Positions 1-8,879 of a DNA stretch of 64,000 nt are shown one piece after another. The position numbers were made by a program, and so were the translations under genes. This stretch comes from Patescibacteria group bacterium (GTDB taxonomy: Bacteria; Patescibacteriota; Patescibacteriia; XYB2-FULL-38-15). Location: contig JBGSRW010000008.1 in assembly GCA_041737355.1 (NCBI GenBank), positions 191,061 to 255,060 on the forward strand. The letters run 5' to 3'. Each line of letters starts with the position of its first letter. Within the stretch, counting starts at the first letter, position 1. The notes below the pieces were generated by a model that was not told where the DNA came from, ran no database searches, and saw only the letters and a list, made by a program, of their open reading frames with translations.

Positions 1-67
1 TCCTTTTTTCTACTGTAATTTTTATTAATTTTTAACGTTATACGAACAAAGGCTAACAAATACCAAT

Positions 68-640
68 ATGGACCGCGAATTAGAAAGACAATTGATCAAA
101 AAGGCCCAGGAGAATATCGCCGCCTTCGAAGAGCTGTATAACCACTATCTACCGAGAATTTACGGATTTCTTCTGAACAGAACCGGCCAAAAAGAACTCG
201 CCGAGGACCTGACTTCGGAAGTTTTTGCCAAGGCCCTGGCCAATCTCCCCCGATACGACGACCGAGGTATAACTTTTGCCGCTTGGCTTTTCAAAATTGC
301 CCGAAACTCCTTGATTGACTTTTCAAGAAAGAAAAAGGAAATACTTGTTGACTCTACCGAAATTTACGAACCGGAAAACAGCCGCCACGAACAGAGCGCG
401 ATCGGCAGCCTCGAACAGGACGAAAAAAATGTTTTGATCAGAAAAACACTCGGCCATCTCCCGGAAAAATATCAGACCGTTCTGTCGCTCAAATTTTTTG
501 AAGAACTTTCCAACGATGAAATCGCCGAAATTGTCGGATGCGGCAAAAGCGCCGTAGCCGTCCGAGTCCATCGCGCCCTAAAAATGATGCAAAAATACCT
601 CCTCAACAATCCTGAATTCATGGAAATAAATCTCCAATAA
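68..640 (+). CDS. ECF-type RNA polymerase sigma-70 family factor
   Basis: 190 aa. Sigma-70 region 2 (ELYNHYLPRIYGFL, AAWLFKIARN) and region 4 HTH (LSNDEIAEIVGCGKSAVAVRVHRAL). ATG at 68 preceded by an A-rich leader. Confidence 0.8.
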   Translation: MDRELERQLIKKAQENIAAFEELYNHYLPRIYGFLLNRTGQKELAEDLTSEVFAKALANLPRYDDRGITFAAWLFKIARNSLIDFSRKKKEILVDSTEIYEPENSRHEQSAIGSLEQDEKNVLIRKTLGHLPEKYQTVLSLKFFEELSNDEIAEIVGCGKSAVAVRVHRALKMMQKYLLNNPEFMEINLQ

Positions 641-644
641 AAAT

Positions 645-2510
645 ATGTTTAATTTTTTTAGAAAAAAATCCGACGCCCTGGATAAAGCATGGGAAGACAA
701 AAAACCGGAAACTCTCGGCGCCCGGGAAAAATTGCTGTATTCCTTGGCGAACGGACTCCGAAAAACAAGAATTATGCCGCCGGAGAAAGCTACTATCCCT
801 TCCGACGCGCAAAACCGCATCAAGGAAAATTTTTATTTAAAATATTTTAATCTTATTGGCTCCCGCCAAACCGCCCAGAATCTTCTCGAAAAGGAAGACT
901 CAAGGCTGGCGGAACCAAAAGAAAAAGAAACTATGACCATTCAACCAAAAATGAAAATGGCCCTTCTTTACGCCGGAGTAGCTGTGATCGTCCTGGCTTT
1001 AGCTTTGGGTTACTATTTCACCCGCGGTCCGGCGGAGGATAACGGAAATTTGGCTTTAGCGGCGCACCTTTCAGTTGCCGACGGCTCCGTTGAAACGTGG
1101 GACGGCAGCGGATGGAAAGCTGTCGTCTCAGGGGAAACTTTGGGCAGCCAATCTCAACTTAGAACCGGCAAGGATGCCAAAGCGGTTTTGGAATTTGACG
1201 AAGGAAGCGCCCTGCGTCTCGACGAAAACACTCACGTTATTCTTGAAGAAATCAACAACCAAAAAATCACCGTTCTTCAGGTTGCCGGAGAAACTTATAG
1301 CCGAGTCAACAAAACATCAAACCTGACTTATAACGTAAAAACGGGAAATACCGAAACGGTCGCCGTGGGAACCGCCTTTGGAGTAGCCACCGAAGCTTCC
1401 AACTGGGTCAAAAAAGGCGAAAAAAAAGTAATAGTCAAGGTTGTTGAAAGTAAAGTTAAAGTAAAAATTATCAAAAACGAAGAAGCTCTTGAAAAAGAAG
1501 TCAGCGAAGGCGAGGAACTCATAGTCGATATGGCCAAACCAATCGAAGATTCCGCGAAAAAAATACCGCTTCCTAAAGAGGAAACGGTGCAAGACGGATT
1601 TTTCGCATGGAACCGCGACGAGGATAATAAGGAATCCTACCCCCTGGGAATTTTAAGTGACATGACTCCCCCGGAAATAAAAATCTCCGAGCCCCTCGAC
1701 GGAATCAAAACCGAACTCTACAAAGTCGCCGTTAAAGGTACAACTGAGTCCGACGCAAAAATATGGGTCGGCGGAATGGAAACAAAAAATGCCGAGGGAA
1801 ATTTTGAAAAAATTATAACTTTAAAAACCGGAGAAAATAAAATCACGGTTAAGACAAAAGACGACTCCGGCAATACCGCCGAGAAAACGATTACCGTAAT
1901 AAAAGAAGGACCGACGGTTCAGGTGTCGCCTCTCTATCTGAAGGGATGGACCGGAACGGACGGGATCCATTTATCTTGGACTCTCTCGGGAATAACGGCG
2001 CCAAAAGGATTCAAGCTTGTTAAGTCTCTGGACGCTTACCCGGCATACCCCGGCGATTCGGCGGTTTATCTCAATCCTGAAACTAGAAGTTATCTCTGGC
2101 AAATCAACGACGGCAAGACTTGGCATTTCAGGGTTTGCATTTACGAAGGCGGTTCTTGCGGTGCCTACAGCAACGACATTAGGGTAACATCAAAATCATC
2201 AAAAGAAACCGGTAACAGCGATGTTTATGGCACCCTTGCTCTTACCGGATGGGTTAAAACCGAAAGAATTATTTATCTTTCTTGGGCTCTCTCCGGCAAC
2301 GCCCCTTATGGGTACAAACTCGTAAAATCAACTATTGCCAATCCATCTTATCCCGGCAATGAAGCCATATATATTTCCTCAACCGACCTGAAAGGCGGCT
2401 ACGCTTGGGATGTCAAGAATCCCGGAACATACCATTTCCGCGTCTGCGCCTACAACGGCGGTGGCGGATGCGTCTTCTACAGCAACGACTACTCGATAAC
2501 AGTTCAATAA
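645..2510 (+). CDS. Putative membrane anti-sigma factor (FecR-like domain) with tandem duplicated extracytoplasmic Cys-containing domain
   Basis: 621 aa, starts 4 nt after the sigma gene. Single TM segment (LLYAGVAVIVLALALGYYF). FecR-like segment (GKDAKAVLEFDEGSALRLDENTHVIL). Two about 95-aa tandem repeats, each ending WHFRVC.Y.GG.CG.YSND. Confidence 0.55.
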   Translation: MFNFFRKKSDALDKAWEDKKPETLGAREKLLYSLANGLRKTRIMPPEKATIPSDAQNRIKENFYLKYFNLIGSRQTAQNLLEKEDSRLAEPKEKETMTIQPKMKMALLYAGVAVIVLALALGYYFTRGPAEDNGNLALAAHLSVADGSVETWDGSGWKAVVSGETLGSQSQLRTGKDAKAVLEFDEGSALRLDENTHVILEEINNQKITVLQVAGETYSRVNKTSNLTYNVKTGNTETVAVGTAFGVATEASNWVKKGEKKVIVKVVESKVKVKIIKNEEALEKEVSEGEELIVDMAKPIEDSAKKIPLPKEETVQDGFFAWNRDEDNKESYPLGILSDMTPPEIKISEPLDGIKTELYKVAVKGTTESDAKIWVGGMETKNAEGNFEKIITLKTGENKITVKTKDDSGNTAEKTITVIKEGPTVQVSPLYLKGWTGTDGIHLSWTLSGITAPKGFKLVKSLDAYPAYPGDSAVYLNPETRSYLWQINDGKTWHFRVCIYEGGSCGAYSNDIRVTSKSSKETGNSDVYGTLALTGWVKTERIIYLSWALSGNAPYGYKLVKSTIANPSYPGNEAIYISSTDLKGGYAWDVKNPGTYHFRVCAYNGGGGCVFYSNDYSITVQ

Positions 2511-2520
2511 GAGTATAAAA

Positions 2521-2552
2521 AACACGGCCCAGCCAAGGGCCGTGTTTTTTAT
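2521..2552. terminator. Bidirectional rho-independent terminator between convergent genes
   Basis: acacggccc-agccaa-gggccgtgt hairpin, flanked by an A-run upstream and a T-run downstream. Confidence 0.6.
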
Positions 2553-2563
2553 ACTTTCTATTT

Positions 2564-2830
2564 TTATTTTTTCCAAAACGCTTCAGCCTCTTTTTCCATT
2601 GCTTCAAGGCGGGTGTAATAATCGGAAAACTCCTTCAGATGTGCCAGAGCTATCTTCCCAGTTGTAAGAGGATCGTCGTTTGTCACGTTGGTATGCGGAT
2701 CGCGCGTGCCGTGCTCCAATTCCACGTCCATTCCCATTCTGAATTGTTCAACATCGAATTTGCTCCAATCGATTCCCAGCTCCTCGCCGATTTTTTTAGC
2801 TTCTTCAGCGGTAAAAGTTTCTTTTGGCAT
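2564..2830 (-). CDS. Small conserved hypothetical protein
   Basis: 88-aa ORF with RBS-like ttattaaatt upstream. Compact acidic protein (VELEHGTRDPHTNVTNDDP). No assignable function. Confidence 0.45.
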   Translation of the reverse strand: MPKETFTAEEAKKIGEELGIDWSKFDVEQFRMGMDVELEHGTRDPHTNVTNDDPLTTGKIALAHLKEFSDYYTRLEAMEKEAEAFWKK

Positions 2831-2846
2831 AAAATTTAATAAATTA

Positions 2847-4601
2847 TTATTTAACGCTTTTGATTGATATATCTTCAGCTATCACTTCTGGCTCTTTCGC
2901 GGCGGAAAAATCAAAAAGATCGGTTTGTTTTTTTTCGTAACCGTCCTTAGTCACGGTAAGATAAAATTTGCTCTTACCCACCATAAAATTATACCGTCCA
3001 CGGCCGTCGGCCACCTTTGAATCGAGAAGTTTATCATAGGGCATAGCGAAAATCCGGAGAACCGCTCCCGGGACCGGTTCGTTTTCTTTTTCCGCGCGGA
3101 CCAGCCCCCAATTTTTTGGAGCTTTTACCGTAGCGAAGCGGCGGAAAAAAAGATAGACGGCAATTCCTAAAAAAAGCAAAAGACCGACGAACCAAGACGG
3201 TTTTATTATATAAGAAATAAATCCGAGGGCAGGACCGGCTAAAGCTACATATCCTTGAATTCTATGCCAGCGGTCTTTTTTAACGATCGCGGAATTTTCC
3301 AAATCTTTCGCAGTCGGATCAAGCGGGATATTCGGAGTAATCACGGCTCCTTCGGCCCCGACTTCAATCGTTTCCCCATGATATAAATCTAAATATTGAC
3401 CTTCTTCTTTTTTGCCTTTCGTGAAAACGCTTGGAAAATTAAAATTATTCTTAGCAGCTTCCAGGCGGTATTTTCCGGCAGGAACCAAAAAGGAAAAACT
3501 CCCCGCCTTGTCGGTTACTTCGCTTGCTAAAATCCTTCCGCTTTCCGCTTCGCGCAATCTGACAATAGCCAAATCCTCGGGAAGGCGCGAGAGGGAATTG
3601 TAAACCGTTCCCCAGGCTTTCCTCTTCCGTCTCCTGAATAAAAGCAGCGGCTGGCTGATAAAAAACAAAAGGTACCGCAAAAAATCGACGGAAAGAGTGG
3701 CTTGGGCGGCGAACGCCGAATTGGCTACCGCAACGGCGGCGGCGGCCGGAGCGACGCCTTTTTCGGCTATAGCTTCAACAGTCGGATTATCCAAAAAAGA
3801 ATTTCCACCGGAAGCCGAGATTCTTATTGCTACCGTTTCCCATTTTCCGGAACCTCCGGCCGAGGCGACTTTGACAAGGCCGATTCCCCTGACCCACCAC
3901 TCGTCCATAACTACACTCGTCGATGAGGCGGGAAAATTTATTGAAGGGTCTGACGTGCCGGCAGACCCTCTCCCCGACGCCGTCGGGAATTTTATCCCCG
4001 GCATAGACATATCAATGGAACTTTCTACCCTTATCTTCAGGGCCACGTAAGTGCCGGCGGGAACAGTTATTTTTTCTTCCTTGACCACCTTGTTTGTGGA
4101 TTTAACGGTCATTTTAATTCCGCCGAAACCGCCGGGCATTTCCGCTCCTTCAAATTTAGATGACATGGTATATTTAGTGGTCCAGACCGAACCAACTTTG
4201 ACGTCTTTCGGCATTAAATCCCCTTCCACACCTTCCGTATCGCTTCTCATCTCCACTCCTCCCGTTCCCGAAGTCAAATTCATGTATGTATCGGTTGTTA
4301 TACGACCGTTCTCGCAAAATAGATTTTGCGTCATTGTCATGCCTTTTTTTGTGCCGAAAATATATTCTATTTTGGCCGAGCCGGTAGCCGTTTCAAGAAC
4401 TTTCATGGTGTATGAACTTTCCCCGCCGGCTCCGGAATTTCTATATTCAATTTCGTCCCCCGCCCGGAGCGGAAAATAAGGATTATCGCACATATCTCCA
4501 GCCGCCCTGATTTTTTGAAAGGGAAAAACGAAACCGCAACAGGTAATTAGAATCACCCCCGCCAGGAAATGAAGACTTGTCTTAAGGTTCTCTTTTTTCA
4601 T
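2847..4601 (-). CDS. Secreted/membrane-anchored protein with two carboxypeptidase-regulatory-like beta-sandwich segments
   Basis: 584 aa. N-terminal signal/TM (LHFLAGVILITCCGFVF), internal TM helices. Segments like LAIVRLREAESGRILASEVTDKAGSFSFLVPAGKYRLEA and AVLRIFAMPYDKLLDSKVADGRGRYNF resemble CarbopepD_reg folds. Confidence 0.45.
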   Translation of the reverse strand: MKKENLKTSLHFLAGVILITCCGFVFPFQKIRAAGDMCDNPYFPLRAGDEIEYRNSGAGGESSYTMKVLETATGSAKIEYIFGTKKGMTMTQNLFCENGRITTDTYMNLTSGTGGVEMRSDTEGVEGDLMPKDVKVGSVWTTKYTMSSKFEGAEMPGGFGGIKMTVKSTNKVVKEEKITVPAGTYVALKIRVESSIDMSMPGIKFPTASGRGSAGTSDPSINFPASSTSVVMDEWWVRGIGLVKVASAGGSGKWETVAIRISASGGNSFLDNPTVEAIAEKGVAPAAAAVAVANSAFAAQATLSVDFLRYLLFFISQPLLLFRRRKRKAWGTVYNSLSRLPEDLAIVRLREAESGRILASEVTDKAGSFSFLVPAGKYRLEAAKNNFNFPSVFTKGKKEEGQYLDLYHGETIEVGAEGAVITPNIPLDPTAKDLENSAIVKKDRWHRIQGYVALAGPALGFISYIIKPSWFVGLLLFLGIAVYLFFRRFATVKAPKNWGLVRAEKENEPVPGAVLRIFAMPYDKLLDSKVADGRGRYNFMVGKSKFYLTVTKDGYEKKQTDLFDFSAAKEPEVIAEDISIKSVK

Positions 4602-4605
4602 AAAA

Positions 4606-5256
4606 TTATTTTTTTTCTTTTTTAAAAACCAGGTAGCTGTAAATTACTGTAATGGCGGCAGCCGATAAAACGCTTGATATTAAAACGATGAAACTTGCCA
4701 CTCCGCCAAAAAATGCGGCTAAAAAACTGATAACCCCGGCAACAGTAAAAATCTTTCCGCCGAAATAGTGCGTCTTTTTCCAATTTTCGTCGGAGACAAG
4801 CGTCCATGGGGTTCGGATACCGATGAAAAAATTCCTTTTAAGTTGCGGCAAAATCCAGCCGATAAAGCAAAAGAGCAAGGAAAGCGGGATGGCGAATACC
4901 AAATTTATTCCGGGCGGTGCGGATCGCATCGAGGCGTAAACCAAAAAGGCGTGAATGTAAATAAAGAAAAAAATCAAAAAAATCTTGAAATATCCGTACG
5001 GTTTGGCAAATGATTCATAGTTTTTCCGGAGAGGATCAACCGCCGGCAAAAAAGACATCAGAAGATAGAAGAATAAAGCTATGCCGGGCGTCAGGAATAA
5101 ATTGATATATTTCGAACCCCACCCGTCAACTTCCCCTTTAATATTCCAATGAGTGGGAACCTTGTCCGGCAAAGACGGGATAAGGACAAAACTGGAAACA
5201 AGAACGAGAAGGAGGAGGGCCAGTATCAGCCAGTCAATTTTTTTCCAAAATTTCAT
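4606..5256 (-). CDS. SdpI/YhfL-like (DUF1648) integral membrane protein
   Basis: 216 aa, 5-6 TM helices. N-terminal motif PSLPDKVPTHWNIKGEVDGWGSK is typical of the SdpI immunity-protein family. Confidence 0.55.
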   Translation of the reverse strand: MKFWKKIDWLILALLLLVLVSSFVLIPSLPDKVPTHWNIKGEVDGWGSKYINLFLTPGIALFFYLLMSFLPAVDPLRKNYESFAKPYGYFKIFLIFFFIYIHAFLVYASMRSAPPGINLVFAIPLSLLFCFIGWILPQLKRNFFIGIRTPWTLVSDENWKKTHYFGGKIFTVAGVISFLAAFFGGVASFIVLISSVLSAAAITVIYSYLVFKKEKK

Positions 5257-5312
5257 AGTTTTATAACTTAAAATTGATTAAACTATTCAGCTATTATATC
5301 ACCAAATACGCC

Positions 5313-5341
5313 TTGACAAAAACGGCTCCGGGGAATAAGTT
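5313..5341 (+). promoter_or_regulatory. Candidate sigma-70-like promoter (TTGACA-N17-TAAGTT) at left edge of GC-rich cassette A
   Basis: TTGACA at 5313-5318, 17-nt spacer, TAAGTT at 5336-5341. GGAGGAGAGG RBS and ATG follow at 5370. Confidence 0.35.
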
Positions 5342-5369
5342 TAATCTTGGAAAGATAAGGAGGAGAGGC

Positions 5370-5795
5370 ATGGAAGAGAACGGACATGAAGGCGAAGGCC
5401 TTTTCAATTTTGCCTTCGAACAGTTTGAGTACCACCGGAAAAACAACCCGGAAATTACCAAGGCTATCGACGAATTTTGCTGCGGCGCCGGACGAAACGA
5501 ATCGGCGCGGGTGATGTTCCCGGTCTTCTACGCCTTGAGGAGTATCGGTGAGGACGGCGCGTCTGTTCCCCGCGTCTCGGCTGATTCGGCCCAAAAGGCC
5601 AAGGACGAACTTCGCGGAGCCGGAGAAGACGTTCTCGAGCTTCCGATATTCGATGAATTCCGCGGATCAGTCCGCCACTTCACCTTTTTCCTTGATGTTT
5701 CGGTAAGGGAAGAAGAACCGAACCGGAAGGCGAAGCTGCTCTTCGCCACCATCCTACGCATGATCCAAACCGAAAAAATGAGACGATCCGGCTAG
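5370..5795 (+). CDS. Hypothetical protein (GC-rich cassette A, gene 1)
   Basis: ATG at 5370 with strong RBS aaggaggagagg. The ORF-track start at 5274 lies in AT-rich sequence upstream of the promoter, so 5370 is preferred. About 141 aa, GC-rich codon usage unlike neighbours. Confidence 0.5.
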   Translation: MEENGHEGEGLFNFAFEQFEYHRKNNPEITKAIDEFCCGAGRNESARVMFPVFYALRSIGEDGASVPRVSADSAQKAKDELRGAGEDVLELPIFDEFRGSVRHFTFFLDVSVREEEPNRKAKLLFATILRMIQTEKMRRSG

Positions 5796-5817
5796 AAAAA
5801 CGGGAGGACCGCCGCTA

Positions 5818-5851
5818 CGAGAGGCGCCCTTTGGGGAAGGCCTCTTTTTTA
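5818..5851 (+). terminator. Rho-independent terminator
   Basis: gaggc-gccctttggggaag-gcctc followed by TTTTTT. Confidence 0.45.
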
Positions 5852-5859
5852 TTTGCCTA

Positions 5860-5888
5860 TTGACAAAACAAACAAAATGTCCTAAGGT
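5860..5888 (+). promoter_or_regulatory. Candidate promoter TTGACA-N17-TAAGGT
   Basis: TTGACA 5860-5865, 17-nt spacer, TAAGGT 5883-5888. RBS gaaaggaggg and ATG at 5917. Confidence 0.35.
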
Positions 5889-5916
5889 TTAGTGTCCATT
5901 CCGAAAGGAGGGCGAA

Positions 5917-6384
5917 ATGGCAAGTCCAAGCGCCGAAAGGCGCGAACACTGGCTCATGAACAGGTTCTACGAGAAGGTGACTGTCCTAAGGGACACGAAG
6001 TCTTGCGCAGCCAACTGGCTTGATGACTTCAGGGACAGTTTCGCGAAAATCTTCGGGGCCGACCCGACCAAGCTTTGGGATATCATGGCTTTCGACGCGG
6101 GTATTTACCTCATGCTTGAAACGGTCGGTAAGATGGAGGCCGAACGCCTCCTCCCGATGATCAGCAAATATGCCTATGAACAGGCCAAGCGTGAATGGGA
6201 CGGATCCGACGCGCGCGTCATGGTTCAGCGCGAAATGACCTTCGCTATGAACACTTCGCTGTGCGGAATCCTCGAATTCTTCAGCGCAACCCTGGATGGG
6301 CTGCCGCTCGAGAACGAAGGCGGCCGCGCCCACTGCTACAACGAGCTGGCGAAACTTTTCAGGATGATCCGGCTCTCGCGCTAG
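5917..6384 (+). CDS. Hypothetical protein (GC-rich cassette A, gene 2)
   Basis: 155-aa ORF with strong RBS. Followed by hairpin gcatcccctcgcgaggatgc plus a T-run at about 6413-6445. Confidence 0.5.
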   Translation: MASPSAERREHWLMNRFYEKVTVLRDTKSCAANWLDDFRDSFAKIFGADPTKLWDIMAFDAGIYLMLETVGKMEAERLLPMISKYAYEQAKREWDGSDARVMVQREMTFAMNTSLCGILEFFSATLDGLPLENEGGRAHCYNELAKLFRMIRLSR

Positions 6385-6456
6385 AGCCGCTACTAAAAGG
6401 AGGCAAAACAAAAAAAGCATCCCCTCGCGAGGATGCTTTCTTTTATTTTCTAAAAT

Positions 6457-6915
6457 TTACGCCGCTCTTTTGCCGGTTATCCTTTCCAGTGTCGCTTTGT
6501 GAGCCGCTTCCCTGGCTTTCTCTTTTTCTGTTAGGCCTTCCCTTTTCTTCAACATTTTCATCGCCGACTTATAAACCCCCTCGTTGAATTCTTCGGGCGA
6601 TACCCCTATTTTTGGACCAATTTTACCACTCTTTTCCCACTTAATATATTCCTCCAGTTCATTAACCCAAAACTTTCTTATGCTGTCCGCAGCCTGTTCG
6701 GCTCTTGCCGGATCCCCGCCTTCGCGGGCCAAAACCGATTTTACAAACTGCTCAGGAGTTATGGACCCCGTCTGCAGACCGCCAACATCCAAATTTTTTT
6801 CTTCCTCTTTTGAGCCGACGACTTCTAATTTTAGCTCATTATCCATATTTTTAGTTTTCTCCATTTTGTTATATTCCGCCATGACCTCTGACGGAACTTC
6901 GTCTTCGAAACCCAT
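6457..6915 (-). CDS. Hypothetical charged protein
   Basis: 152-aa ORF rich in E/K. No recognisable domain. Confidence 0.4.
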   Translation of the reverse strand: MGFEDEVPSEVMAEYNKMEKTKNMDNELKLEVVGSKEEEKNLDVGGLQTGSITPEQFVKSVLAREGGDPARAEQAADSIRKFWVNELEEYIKWEKSGKIGPKIGVSPEEFNEGVYKSAMKMLKKREGLTEKEKAREAAHKATLERITGKRAA

Positions 6916-6978
6916 ATTTTATAAGTTAATACTTAGAAACATTCTATAATAACACAAAATCAAGGTTTTGGCAAGACC

Positions 6979-8184
6979 CTAAGCAACTCTCCTTCCCGGC
7001 GCCTTCTTTTTAGCCGATTTTTTTAATTCTATAACTTTAGCCGGCTTCGCTTTTTCCGGCTCCGCGCTGATAATTTCGGTCGCCCCCTTTGTTTCGGCAA
7101 TCCATTTTTTCAACGCTTTTTCGTCTTGAGGAGAAATTTCTTTAGCCGCCGTTTGCGCCGCATAAGCCTCTCTCACTCTTTCCAATGATTTAGCCATACG
7201 GTTCAATTGCAATTTGCTCCCCTTCTCCCCCTTGGCGAAGAAAGCCTCTTCCATTATTCCCGCGAGTTCCGGCAAACGCGCCTTAAATCCGGAAGAAATT
7301 TTTGGTTCAAACTTTCCGGCTTTTACCGCTTTCTCTAATTCTTTTGATTTTATCGGTTCAATGTCGTCCCAGGAAGCCACAGCCCTAACCTCGCCCGTCT
7401 TTTTAATTTTTTTCAAAGACACCGGTTCAACTTTTGCTTTCTCCATTTCTTCTTCGCCCGGCTCAATTACTTCCTCGGAAATAACTTCAACCGGCTTGAC
7501 CTCACCAATCGACGGTGGGGCTTCCGCTTCTTCCACTTCCTCGTCCAAGACTTCAACCGCTTTAATTTTTTCAATTGAAGGCGGCTGTTTTGCTTCATGC
7601 TCTTTAGCTATAGCTTCAAATTCCTCAACCGGGGGAAGTTTTTCCCCTTTGCCCGATTCATGAGCGCGAATAATCTCTTCCGTGGATGGAAGATTCAAGC
7701 TTGCCGGTTCGGCAACAAAAACTTTTATCTCCTCGTCCAGGTCGGCTTTTGCCGCTTCCGCTTCCTGCTCAATTTTCGCCTCCTCCGCTTTTGCTTCGGC
7801 CACAACCGGGGCCGCCTCGGCGCTTCCCGCCCCGGCCCGCGTCGCGCTCTCTTCAATCTTGGCCGGAATTTCGGCGCCCTTGTTTTTGATATAAATTATT
7901 TCTTCCTTGGCAACGCTTTCCATCCCTTCCGCGGTTTCCTTGGCCGCTTCCTTTTCCGCCGCGGCCGCTTCCATTTTTTCTTCGTGTTCAAAATAATCGT
8001 TCAAGCGCTCCCAATATTTGCCTATCCCGAATTGGTTAAAAAATCTTGAAACGGCGCCCGGCTTCTTCGGCGGCTTTTCCAATTTCGCCGGTTTTTCCTC
8101 TTCGGCCCTAGTTTTTTCTTGCGGTTCGGCGGCCTCTCCAACCCCGATTTTTTTCTCGTCCATAGTATTAAAATTAATAAACAA
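6979..8184 (-). CDS. Ala/Glu/Lys-rich low-complexity protein
   Basis: 401 aa, extended AEK-rich coiled-coil-like composition (AAAEKEAAKETAEG, EEAKIEQEAEAAKADLDEE). The antisense ORFs at 7214-8049 are treated as shadows of it. Confidence 0.45.
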   Translation of the reverse strand: MFINFNTMDEKKIGVGEAAEPQEKTRAEEEKPAKLEKPPKKPGAVSRFFNQFGIGKYWERLNDYFEHEEKMEAAAAEKEAAKETAEGMESVAKEEIIYIKNKGAEIPAKIEESATRAGAGSAEAAPVVAEAKAEEAKIEQEAEAAKADLDEEIKVFVAEPASLNLPSTEEIIRAHESGKGEKLPPVEEFEAIAKEHEAKQPPSIEKIKAVEVLDEEVEEAEAPPSIGEVKPVEVISEEVIEPGEEEMEKAKVEPVSLKKIKKTGEVRAVASWDDIEPIKSKELEKAVKAGKFEPKISSGFKARLPELAGIMEEAFFAKGEKGSKLQLNRMAKSLERVREAYAAQTAAKEISPQDEKALKKWIAETKGATEIISAEPEKAKPAKVIELKKSAKKKAPGRRVA

Positions 8185-8195
8185 TTAAAAAAATA

Positions 8196-8378
8196 TTAAC
8201 TCAGATTGAGTTTTTTACGTATTTTTTCCATCTGCTGTTTTTCTATTTTCCTGATTGCCCCTTCAATAACCTCCTTTTGCCGCGCGGTAAGACCGGCCAT
8301 AATCTCGGAAAACTTTTTATATGCTTTTTCGGCCCGGATTAATTTTTCCTCCCGGGCGATACCTTCTTTTGAAACCAT
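8196..8378 (-). CDS. Small hypothetical protein
   Basis: 60-aa ORF. Weak evidence. Confidence 0.25.
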   Translation of the reverse strand: MVSKEGIAREEKLIRAEKAYKKFSEIMAGLTARQKEVIEGAIRKIEKQQMEKIRKKLNLS

Positions 8379-8464
8379 AAAGATGGCATTTATTTGCCTG
8401 TTTTTTAATTTTAACAGAAAAAAAACATGAAGTCAAAATAAAAACTCCTTACTCGCGTAAGGAG

Positions 8465-8824
8465 TCATTCTCTCGGCGGAAGACCGTTCTTAAGCATCTT
8501 CAATTTCATTCTGGCCCAACCGTGCCCTCCGCCCTGCTCGTCAATAAGCCAGAGATGGCAAAGTATCGGGACTCTTTCCCCTGAAGCCAAATCGCTTGCC
8601 AGCAAAAAAATAACAATTTTTCTCAAGAATTCCAGGTCTTGCTTGGCGGCAGCAAATTCAGCTACCGTTAACCTGACGCTCCTCTCGTGCCATTTCACAA
8701 TTTCGACATAGATGGATATGGCCGCGAGAAGAAGGTCGTCAGGAGCATCGTTGAACCTAGCCCGGATTTTTTGCCGAAGATCCGGGGTCTCTCCTTCTTT
8801 CATTTCCGTCCTCCTCTCGGTCAA
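8465..8824 (-). CDS. Hypothetical protein
   Basis: 119-aa ORF. Internal RBS gagaggagg before the second Met suggests the true start is at about 8803. Moderately GC-rich. Confidence 0.4.
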   Translation of the reverse strand: MTERRTEMKEGETPDLRQKIRARFNDAPDDLLLAAISIYVEIVKWHERSVRLTVAEFAAAKQDLEFLRKIVIFLLASDLASGERVPILCHLWLIDEQGGGHGWARMKLKMLKNGLPPRE

Positions 8825-8879
8825 ATTATTATAACAAAAAAGAGGTTGTCGTCAACCCCTTTTTCACTAAGTTAAAAAT

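Noticed and set aside
3697-4479. Plus-strand ORFs (117 and 142 aa) inside the 584-aa minus-strand gene
   Set aside because: Fully embedded antisense ORFs, with no RBS and low-complexity products.
7214-8049. Plus-strand ORFs antisense to the AEK-rich gene
   Set aside because: The mirror of a GC-skewed, repetitive coding region (Ser/Ala/Phe-rich). No start signals.
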